Source: Amphiscolops sp. MND2022
Taxonomy: Eukaryota
Assembly (NCBI GenBank): GCA_964187785.1
Contig: OZ076413.1
Location: forward strand, 48,672,001 to 48,736,000
Length of the DNA: 64,000 nt
Direction of reading: 5' to 3'
The translations under genes were made by a program, and so were the position numbers. Shown here one piece after another: positions 38,243 to 49,323 of the stretch. Below the pieces are notes generated by a model that was not told the origin of the DNA, did no database searches, and saw only the letters and a list, made by a program, of their open reading frames with translations. The stretch's first letter is position 1. The number at the start of each line of letters is the position of its first letter.

Positions 38243-39020
38243 GGCATGAGAAGAAATGTACCAGCAGTCATTCCGTCTAGGAACGCCCTCTTTCTCGCTT
38301 GTGTTTCTGCTAGGGACTCTCCGACATTAACTGTCTTGTCGATGTAATCGTTAACTGCTTCCTCTCTTATTTGTGCGGTCCGTTCCGCAGATTACAGAGT
38401 CCGAGTATGCAGTTTGGGCTACATTCTCTCCGAGCTCCAGGTCGTTGAAGTGATTCGCCATTAATTCCACCGTAGGGGCGTCCGATGCGTACACACTGCT
38501 GGATGTAGATACGGGATAATACTGTCCTCTATCTTCATCTGGAGGTGACAACGGCGTGTCGATTCGGGGGATCAAGTCGCGGCATAGGTTTATCGGATGG
38601 TTCCGTTTGATTCTACCATCTGCCTTTAGTGGCCCATTGCCTTTTCCGAGACTAAAGTACGTCTGGTCGAAAATTGGAATAGGGGCATATTTGGTCTCCC
38701 AGGCTCATTAAGCTTGCGCGATGTAGAAGGGAGGGCTTCAGGGATTGCGATTGGCTCTGACATCTGTGCTTCGACATGCAAAGCCATCATGCTCACTTCT
38801 TCCGATTCGTCTTCCGAAGAGGACAAGAAGTCATAGAAGGACGAGAAGCTATTGCTATCCATAGCCTCATCTTCGTCGCTAGATATATATATCACCCCTT
38901 TACCTGGGGCGGCTCCTTGGAAATCTTCTGGGTATAAACGCTCGGGTTCTTCGTCTTGTAGTTGGGATAGAGGTTTGTCAGTTCCGTATCTCTTTTTGAA
39001 TATCTTCTTCGCTATTTTGA
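38243..39020 (-). pseudogene. Gypsy accessory sense ORF3: acidic, probably disordered protein, frameshifted
   Basis: Open frame KIAKKIFKKRYG...GVIYISSDEDEAMDS...SSSEDESEE, continued by ORFs 38626-38895 and 38351-38575 and a further frame running through the PPT. Confidence 0.5.
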
Positions 39021-40200
39021 ACAGTGATGAAATACGTTCTAATTTTTACTTCGATGAAGGCAGCTGATTTCTAGGAGTGAAATTGAGAGAATGGCGGTTT
39101 TAGGTCCTATGGACCTTGAGTCTCTTCGTTTCGTTTTCCCGGGGTTTTACACTTCCCGATAGGTAAATTCTCAATAACAAATTCCTGTCTCCCAAGTTCT
39201 TTTATCAACCCGCTAATTTGCTTTGTAATCGCCGATAACGGCTTTATTGGTTATCATCAAATAAGTTAACACTTCCAAGTTAGGAGTGTTATATCAAGTG
39301 TTTATTAACACTCATCAGGTACTTGAGATTTTCAAGTAGGTGATGATGCGGCAGCTAGCCACGCCGTCCATCACCAATCGGGTCGACCAATGGGAATTCA
39401 GCAAAATTCCTTCCAAGATAAAATAGCCTCCCGAGGTTGTAAATCCATATAATATATATAATAAAATATAATAATATAAAATGACCTTGAAAGTGAATAT
39501 AGTAATGGTAGAATCATGAAATAAGCCAAAAAATTAACAAAGATTCAAAATAAAGTAAGATAAAGTAGATATTGCTGGCAGACTATATCCACATAATGAC
39601 GTAACCTGTACATAACTGTAAATTTGACACCAAAATGTATAGCCAAGAACTCCAATCTCGACACTTTGTCAAATTATTGATTCACCATTCCATTGTTTTT
39701 ACATTCAATTTTTATCGAAGACTTCCTCACTGGTATTGTTTAGTCGTTAGTTACCATTTGTACTCAGTCTTTCAGTTATACGCATTTGAATTCGCTTTAC
39801 ATCATTTTCTGGACACTTTGTCTGCTGATCCCTCGTGCGCCAAGGACATCCTGAATTCTCCTCATCCTTGACTTCTGGTCCACATCACCAGGACATTCCC
39901 AACAGCCACTGTCCGCAACTCACTGCTTCCTATCTCTTATTGCACTGTAGGCTCTGGAATCAACTCAAGCTCAGCTTTGCAATCATTCAGGTCAGTAGAC
40001 TTCTGTATTCCATGAATCTTGAAAATTTAGAATTAATCTGAGGCTTGATCAGGGCTCTCATTTCATTCACGTACTTCCTGTCCAAATAAAACAAGTGTTC
40101 ACAAGTGTTCAAATTTGTCTGCTTCCGGAAGACTTTTTATGCGGCTTTTTGGTTCATACAGGAAGTTCACCGCTAACATTAGTGTTGTAATAATTTAGAC

Positions 40201-43200
40201 ATGGCGTCTTCTGAGAATACAGTCCCGAGAATTCTTCTAAAGAAGTCCCTGGGTTGCAAGCCATCTGTAGAGCGTCCAAGGATACTAATCCAAAAGAAGA
40301 AGTACCCGGTGATCGCCCTCCATCGACTGCCACAAGTGGTTCTAATTCCGAAAGTTTATCAGCATATGCTGAGCGGACTGTGGCAGCTATTGCTCAACGA
40401 GACAGTACTGTCGCTGACCCAACACTCGACCCTACGTCTCTGGTCGAAGCCCCTGCAGCCAATGACAGTGTTCATAAAGAATCAGAGTCTTGCGCCAAGA
40501 CGCCCCCGAGTACCGAAGGCCAGATCAAGGCTGACGGCAAGAACTTGGATTCCTCAGGTGAAGAAGAGGAGGAGCAAGATGATCGTAAAGTTGTCTCAAG
40601 ACCTACGATCCAGGAATTGTATTCCACTGACACGAGCGAAGTTGAGGATTTGTTAGACGGGTCAGGAGTTAGTGGTCCTGTGCTACGCGGGGTTAGCTCT
40701 GGCTTCTTCACAGTCCCATCCTCTTCACAAGAGGAGGAAGAAGAGATTGACCAGGCTCCAAACACCTCTGCGGATCCTATCATGGACTCACCTGGGCCCA
40801 CCACGTCCACGCCGACGCAACCGCGACAGTTGTCGATCAGTGGGAGAGCGGCGCTTCGGAAGTGTTTTACTGAGAATCGTCCAATCAAGTTACCCATCGG
40901 CCACCCAGTTGTCGCATTTAGCGAAGGTCAAATCCACACTGTACTACGGACCATTTCTGACGAGTCGCTATTTTCATCTTTCCACCTGATGAAATCTTTA
41001 CTCCTGCAGGCCGCTGATGGTAAAGTCATTACCAAGGAACGCTGTCGACATGTGAGACGATCTGGCACACCGCATCCCGACTCTGGTTCCAGCTCCAGTG
41101 GGGAATGCAATGAAACCGACCAATCCAGCGGCGGGTACACAAGTGGGGCATTCAACTCCGATGAGGACCCTGGGAGTCTAGATGTGCAGATTGAATTCGA
41201 CCAAACCCCACAAGTGGTTACTCCCCGTAAGAAAACAAGTACGCAAGATGACACTGGACCCATGATGCTTGCTAGTACTGGAAGCGGTTACAGTATTGAG
41301 GATTATGCGCCATTGTCTCGACTACTACCCAAGACAGCAGGTAAACGTCAAGCTTCAAAACCCCCTGCTGAGCGTCGACGAGTTGCTACCAAGCCAGGAA
41401 AGGTCATGAAAGAGGCCTACTTTAAAGGCATCAAATGGACGAAAACTTTCGTAACCGGCCCCCTCGACCCAGTGCATAATCAACACAAATTCTACTGCCA
41501 AATCTGTAAGACGAACGTGTCCATCTACTCTAAAGGGGCAAGAGAAATCATCAGGCATTACCAGGGTGAGTCACATCTGAGGAATGACCAGCGTTGGCGG
41601 TTTGAACACCTTGGCGTTACTGACCAAATAACTGGGATTACTCAGCATCAGGTCCGAGGGAGAGATGGCCACATACTGACCCCTCTTGAGTTGTAACGGG
41701 AAAAGCCTTATTTTGAAAATGCCCCTCTCGTCAATGTAGGAGAGAAGTTCCCTTTCTATGATGACTATTTCGCCAATACAGGAAGCCAGCAAACCACTGA
41801 GGACCAACGGGCCAGTGCCCAGATAGCTCTAATTGGCTGTTTCATCCCTCACGACGGCAACATCCTCTTGCTACAATCGCTATGGTCTAGAGTGGGGGAA
41901 TACATGAATCACAAGGAACAATTTTCCCCTTTCGATTGGAGTTCCGCCACCTTGATCGTAAGTACTTTGATCCCCCTTTTCTTTCAAGGAGTTCTGTTTC
42001 GTAAGTAGACTCTTTTCGCTTTTGTTGCCTTAGGTCACTTTCCAACACATCTTCACCTGCAGCATTGAGGACCTGTCTAGCCATATCATCTCTAATGACA
42101 TGTATGAGCTAGAATTTGAAGTAATCGGCCGTAGCCAGGTAATGAGTGTACGATTCTGGAAGGAAGGATCTCTCGTCCGCATGCCTTTGTTCCGCTGCTC
42201 ATTAATCGCTGGGTTCCCACAAACCTATGTTGCAGGGATCTCTCGACTGCTATCTGCCATTTCCACTAAACCAGGCCTCGTTAGTGTGTCTGGATGTCCG
42301 GCCGCATTGGTTCGCACTCTGGACAATTGTGAGATGTTCCCACATGGGATCCAATACCCCACCAGATTTGACGTGATGTCCTTACAGACCTTGATGTACC
42401 ATGAAGGAGGAAGCGTCTTCGGTCCCATAGACTTCTTTTCTCAGCTCCGATACTTGATAGTATTCTTGAGCGGCATCCTGACTGAGCCCTGGACTCTTGA
42501 GGCACCAGAACTAACAAAGGTAAGGAAGTCCATTTTCTGTGTATTGTCCTCCTTCTACGGCAGGTCGACACTAGTAACCTTTTGATAGGCGATCGAGGCA
42601 TCCAGTTTTGAACTAAAAAACATCACGGGCATATGCACTGAATTGACTCATCATTGGCAAGCAGTTCTGGACTACATCACTAAGAGGGCTCCCACACAGG
42701 TCATGCAAGGAGTTAAAGGAAAAGTTAGTATTTTTCGGTTCCCTACTACGCAGTTGTTGTATTGAAGGACTGGAGGTAGCCACAGTTCAAGTTGTTCCTT
42801 GCACCACTTCATTGATTGCTTTCTGTTATAGCCGCAGAGTCTAGACTTGATGATCGTCAACGACCCGTTCTTCCCTTAAAGATCGAGTTCTTTGGACGTC
42901 TAGTCCGCGATTGTTAGTCTGACTATTTTTTTGTTTAGTCTACTGCTAGGATTAAGGGTTGGTTAGAGTTTTCTTCGAGATTTGTCAGCTCCATCACAAC
43001 ATGAAGGTCCCAATCAAAAGGCTTATTTATTGGGTGTCCAGTTTGTAATCGACCGAGTTTTGTTTATTTAGACGTAAAGTGTTTCACAAGGAGTCTGGCC
43101 AGAAGAAGGGATTCAGGGTTCTTTACCTTTGGAGAAATCTGCCGTTACATTCGCAAGCTGTGCCAGCGATCTCTGTTGCCGAAGTTCACCCCAGCCGATA

Positions 43201-44231
43201 CCGACTGGTCTGGGTTGATGCAGTTGCAGTTGGAAGGCGTTCGTCAGCTGTCCAGTAGGGATTTTCTTCTAAGATTGAAGTTGAAGTCGGACATAGATTC
43301 TCTTTTCTACAAGAAGGCCAAAAAGGACACTGGGGGAAAGAAAGAGCAATTGGCTGCCGTCGATAAACTTGCTGAGAATGCAAGAGAAGGATTTATCAGC
43401 CAGGCCCGTGCTTCCGTCGTTAGCATCATCGAGTCCCTCTTGGGAGACATTCGCTTAACTGCTCACATTGTGAGGGGGATGGCCTCCTTTGACCTGACAG
43501 TCCTTTCTTCGCAACCTATGGACCAGGTCCTATTCTGCTTCTCGTCTCTATTCAGTACTTTCCAGTTGCGAGGATGGGTCGACGAAAGCTTCGAACCCGA
43601 ATACCGAGATGAGTATGTTGGATTCGTCGATGACTTCCGAAACCTTTACCCTGATCTTATCAGTTCTCCAGATCTTATTCGAGACGTCGTTACTTTACTA
43701 ACTGGCATGCCCGCACTTTATACACGTCCACATTTGTTTCATCTTTTCCGCCTTAGTTGTATGTGCTTGACGGAGATTAGCACTTCTCTTCCTGCCATCA
43801 ACATCCATTCTGCGGATTCTTCCGGTGTTCGTTGCCGTTTGTCAGATGTGTTGTTTCCTGCTCAGGCTTACCTCGCTTACGTTCCTGGGTCAGTAAACCG
43901 TTGCGTCACTGAGGCTGCACTAACACGCTATCATCTTCTTGAGGCCAAATTCTGGTCTGGGAATGTTTCTGGGGACCCTTGGTCCCATGTGGATTCCTTT
44001 GGGCAGTCCTCTATCCATAAAGAACTTCTTGCTGCATTCAAGGTTGAAAGTTCGGGAGCTGGGACGGCTAGGGCAGTTCATTTTGCCCAGTCTTCGGAGC
44101 CAATTTAGGCAGGAGGAACTGCCTTTTCTTCACCCGGGAAGTCTACCAAGTTCGCCTATGTCGGCAACCTTCCTTCCTAAGAGATTGACAAAACTATTAG
44201 GGAATTACAGCAGGGGTCCAGTCAGCACTAA
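40201..44231 (+). pseudogene. Antisense, intron-containing BED-finger / hAT-transposase-like gene inside the Gypsy element
   Basis: Exons ~40201-41957, 42034-42519, 42589-42723, 42832-42912, 43072-44108(44231); GT-AG introns; zinc finger W..KFYCQICKTNVSIYSKGAREIIRHYQGESH; lesions: frameshift near 40275, TAA at 41694, 1-nt shift in exon 4, TAG at 44106. Confidence 0.7.
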
Positions 44232-44422
44232 ATGTACATAATGTACATTTGTTTTTAGTTGCTCCATATTTATAGTTGTGATTTTTGGCATCTATTGTAT
44301 TATATGTTGTTGTGTATTTTGTTCCAGTTTTCATGAATATTTTCATAAATAGTCAGAATAGTCCCAGTAAAAAGATATGGTAATCAAAAGGCTTTTGTGG
44401 GACCATTAATTTACATATCTGA

Positions 44423-47400
44423 CTAGTATCTGTATTCATCAGAAAAGTTGGGATTGGGGTTCGGTCGAAGGTTGTATTTCCCTCGTCTAGGGCTAGACTT
44501 TTCTTCACTTTTCTCATTTTCCGATATTCCGGGCACGGTAATATCTGCGCCTCTGTTAGAAGCAATCTCCGTGCTCTCTAAATCATTAGTGACGTCATTT
44601 TGAATTTCTGTCCCTCGTGGCGTTTCATTCAGCGGGGACGACTCTCTTCGGCTACTGACCGATCTCGGTCGTATTTCATTTTCGGTGACGTCATTTTCGT
44701 TCTTTCCGCTGCTGCGTTCATCGTCGTTCATGCTGCTGCGTTCATCTCCGTTGACGTAATAGTCCAGTTCGCCGCTCGCGGCGTCGTTTGATAGGCGCGT
44801 GGCCGTGTCTGGCCAATCATTTTTCCTCGGTTCAAACAGCTCGTACTCAAAGTCCGCTTCCAATGAAATAGTGTATAGATCATCTTGCGGTATTATTATT
44901 GATTCGTCGGGCTGTAATTTTTCTTCATTGTACTTGTCCTCTAGTGGGGCATTGGGAACAAATTTTTTGAGCCTGATCCGGTGTAAGATCTGCGTCTTGT
45001 TCGTATTTAAACGACGCACTATGTAATTATTATTTGGCAAAACTTTTTGAACGACAAAGGGACCTGTCCACCTAAAGTCTCTGAATGGTATTTTAGAGCG
45101 TTGATTATCCGCTTTCGGTTGGAGAACGAAGCAATAATCCTTTTCTTGTAGTGGAGCCGCCTTGGCCTTTCGCTCGTAATATTCCTTGTACTTTAAGTAC
45201 GACTGCATGATATCCTTTTTCGTCTGATCAATGAGTATTTATGTCCTCTGCTGCAATTCTTCCGCAAATTCAGTTGTTGGTAGAAAAATTTTATTAGGAT
45301 TATATCCTAATTTATGGTCAAGGACATTGTAGGGAATTCTGCCATGGAAAATTTTGCTAGGTTCACAACCAATACTGGAGTGATAAGTAGTGTTGTAGTT
45401 GAGCACAGCTAGTGGTAAATATTTGTGCCATTGGCGTCGATATTCTTCTGAGGCCATCTTCAGATTGGTCTTGAGAGAGGCATGTGTCCTTTCAAGTTTG
45501 CCAATAGTTTGCGGGTGTTTTGTCGTAGCACATTTTAGTGTTATTCCCAGTATTTCAGTGATTTCATCTAAAATCTTTGAGGTAAAGGCGGACCCCTTGT
45601 CAGTGATGAGGGTTGTCGGCAAATATGAACGTTTCGTCATTATATCAATGATCACCTTGGCCACATTGGCGGCTGTTGCCTCATTTAGCGGGTAGGCGAA
45701 TAAATATCTGGAAAATACAACTATGGCCGTCATGACTGTTTGGTATCCGCCGCTGGTCGGTAAAATTGGTAACAAGTCAATTTGCATGGCATCTTCTGGA
45801 CCGAGGTCCCATTCAGGCAAATTCAGTAATTCCGGGGTAATTACCGTATTAGGGACTCTTTTGTCCTTGGCACATATCTCGCAGCCTTCTACCCATTTTT
45901 TGACGTGTTTTGCAATTCCGGGATAGTAGTATTTTTGGCGAATGTCCTGTAGCATTTTAGAAATGCCTGGGTGTCGATGTGCCGTGCCATGTATTGCGTG
46001 TAATAATTCTTTTAGTAAATGCTTTGGGAAAAAGATTTGATGATTTTTGACTTGTCCGGTTTCGTCGTAGTACTGCCGTGTCACTATTTCGTCCTTGAGG
46101 ACTATTCGGTCTATATTATTCAAATAATATTTGTACCGAATATCTTGTTGAAGGATTTCTTCAGAGTATTCTTCTTTTTGAAGTTTCGCCTTCAATTGGA
46201 GCAGAATGGGGTCTCTAGATTTTTCAAGCAGTATCTGATTCGTTCTTCGCAATTTTTGTGTGATATTAGCGATTTCCTCTACTGTATTCTCTGATATGGC
46301 GTCATTTTGAATTACTGTCTCAGGGACCATGAGTCCCTTTTTGGATTGGTTTCCGTTCCCAAATCGGTTGTTCTGTTTCATTGTCTTCTTCAGTAAAGAA
46401 GACTTGTACTTCCTCGGACACTCCGGCTGATTGGACATTGACCTCAATCGGTCTGGTTTCTACGTCTTCGCGTATTTTCAGGAATAACTTTTCAGTAGGG
46501 TCCATTTCCATACGGGACAGGTAGTCCGCCGCTGTGTTGTTTTTTCCTGGAATATGAGATGGAGTAAAAGTTTTTGATCCGTATGCAATTGGCGCATAGG
46601 ACTTTCTGACAGAAGTGTATTTTTGGTTTGGGTCGTCTTCAGTTAGTATGGAGTAACCGGCTGCTGTAAAACTTGCATCAGTCATGAGGACCAGCTGTTT
46701 GTTGGGCAGGGGTTGCTTCAACTCTAATTGACTGCATCTGTCTAAGTCTCGGTTGATCTCGTTGAATTGCTCAACTAGTTCAGTTGTCACTAGGACTTTC
46801 TCGTCCTTTTTAAGTAGTTGGAAGAAAGGGACTAATTTTTCCGATAGTCTTGGTATATAATTCCTGTAGTAATTGAGGAAGCCAAGATAGCGTTGTAAGG
46901 CTTTCTTGGACTTTGGGAATTTCGTCTGTTCCAAGAAATTAGTAATTCTTTCCTTCTGGGGTTTGACGCCTTCAGGGGTAATTGTTCTTCCAAGGAAGTC
47001 GATTTCAGTGGCCCCAAAGTGGCACTTGTGCATGGACAATTTCAATCCTGCTTCTCTGATACATTGGAATGTTTGGCTCTTAAGTTGGTGATGAGTTGAT
47101 TGGCGTCTGTTGCTGCAACGCCAATATCGTCTACATATTGAGCACATTGGTCAGCTTTTATAACACGATCTAGATATTCCCTCATAAAACTGGAGAAGGC
47201 CGATAGTGCTCGGCTGAGTCCTTGGGCTAATCTCCTGCATGCAAATGTCCTGCTGGCGAAGTTAAAAGCTAGCATTTCAATGGATTTCTGGTCTGCCATA
47301 GGGAGACAATGGTAAGCTTGGGAACAGTCGAGTCTGCAAAAGAGTTATTTACCGGCCATGTGCTGCGCAGCATCCGTCAAGGTGCTGACTGGGTGGTTGT

Positions 47401-49323
47401 TATTGACGTAGTCATCTGAAATCAGATTGTTAATTTTCCTCAAATCCACCAACAGTCTCAGTTTCCCATTGGGTTTTTTCTGCGCAAATATTGGACTGGC
47501 GTACTTTGAGAATGGCAATGTCGTTACAATCCCATATTTGTGAAGTAACGCCAATTCAACCAATATGTCCTCTTTGAGGTTGACCGGAGTAGGTAGGCTC
47601 TGACAGTAAGCAAGCGATTCGTCTTTTGGCGTCAGTTTAACTGTGAATTCGTCATTGACGCCAATGTCAAATCTATGGGGTGCAAAAATAACATTGAATT
47701 CTACTAATAGAGTTTCTATTTGTCTGATCTCATGCTGTTGTAGCATTGAGTTCTTCCAATCAAAATTGCTGAAGAATTTTTGGCGGGATTCTGCATCGTC
47801 ATGTGGATTGAGTTGTTCTAACTCTTGCAAGTTTCGTAATTCCTTGAGAATTCTTTGTTGTATTGGGGTGTGAGTTGTCTCGTCCCCTGGATTTTCAGGT
47901 GTCGGAAACCAATATTGTTCGTATTGGTCGTTATTTCTGTTGGCTTTGAGAAGGCTACTGATATAGTAAATCGCGTCTTCCTCATTTTCGTTCAATAAAT
48001 GCCAGGTGGACACTGGGTCTATTGGCCTGACATGTTTCGTCTGTTCGGGCGTCATCACTGAGAAATTTGCAATGTGCGTCCCTTTCTTGAGTTTATAGGG
48101 TTGATCAGTGAAATTGTTGACGCGTATCCTCATGGCCCCTTCATGTAGTGTGACTATAGCGGCACAAAAGGTTATGTCGCCTTCTTCATGCAGAAGGTCA
48201 CTGGGTTTTAGTATACCCGTAACTGCGTTTTCTGCATAGATTTGGGATTGGATAGGTACGACTACGTGGTCATTTGGTGAAATTATGGCTCCTCAGGGTT
48301 GAGGATAGGTTCCAGTACATTTGAGTATTTGTGGTCAGCCGTTTTGAGTTGCATTGAGAAGTATGGGAAGTATGGAAAATTGAGTATACCTTGGCGCATG
48401 TCCAGGACGGTGTGATTCCTTTGGAGGAACATCAGTCCAAGTATTGGGCTGGACAATTTTTCCAGCACTATGAAGATTTCATGGAATTCTATGTCTCCCA
48501 CTTCAAATTTTAGTTCGACTGTGCTCTTTGGGGTTTCGAGATCTCCATTCGCGACCATTATTTGGTAAGATGGAGCGGGACCTTCTTTTACTATGGATTG
48601 AGGGGCCAATAGGCGTATTTTCCTGAGGTCTGCTTCTGGTATTGCACTGGAGTGGACTCCAGTGTCAATTAGGCCGTCCAAGGTCAATTCCCCAAAATCC
48701 ATTGGAAAGTAGAGCATTCGTCGTTTGAATTTAAGTCCAAGGTTCGTTGAAAGGGGAACGTAGGGTGTTTCTGCTTCCTTGGCTATAAGGAGGTGCAAGA
48801 AGGCCTTTTCATCTAGAAGGCTAGTAGGGTCCTTGTGGTCCTCCTGCCGTTGGATTGTTTCCACTTCTGGTGAAGTTGCTTCAAAATTTGGCTGCCAAAG
48901 TTCGATGAGGGCCCGAGATATGGTATTGTCCACAATATCCGGGTCATCTTCATCATCAGTTGGAGGGTAGTTGTCATTGCGAAACTGTAAGTTGCGTTTG
49001 TCGTATAAATTGTCATCCCAGTACAGATCCTTGCCGTACTCGGGGTTATAGTACTGAGGGTCATAATCTTCGACAGTTTGTAAGGGGCGGAAATGAGTTT
49101 CTGAGTCTTTATCGTGGTTATTGCGTCGATATAAATATGGATGGTCACTGTGGACGATGTATTGGGTTTCCATACGGGCATTATCCATCTGCTGCTGCCA
49201 GACAGTCGATGGTATCCCTGTGGTGTCATTTTGAATTTGGTTATAAATGATGTTTGGTGGATCAGATATGACATACTGTCGTACTGACATGTGGTTGGAC
49301 ATTTGGAGTCGTGGCGAAATTAG
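44423..49323 (-). pseudogene. Gypsy pol (protease, RT, partial RNase H, integrase), frameshifted
   Basis: PR LIDTG; RT YASPIFAQKKPNGKLRLLVDLRKIN and YVDD; RH LMTDAS and ADYLSR; IN H..H/CEIC, QIDL, TDKGSAF, ERTH; GPF module (WTGPFVV); C-terminal KYNLRPNPNPN. Confidence 0.93.

Noticed and set aside
38243..44231. env gene in the Gypsy accessory region
   Set aside because: No signal peptide, furin/fusion peptide or TM anchor; the main ORF is antisense and has a zinc finger
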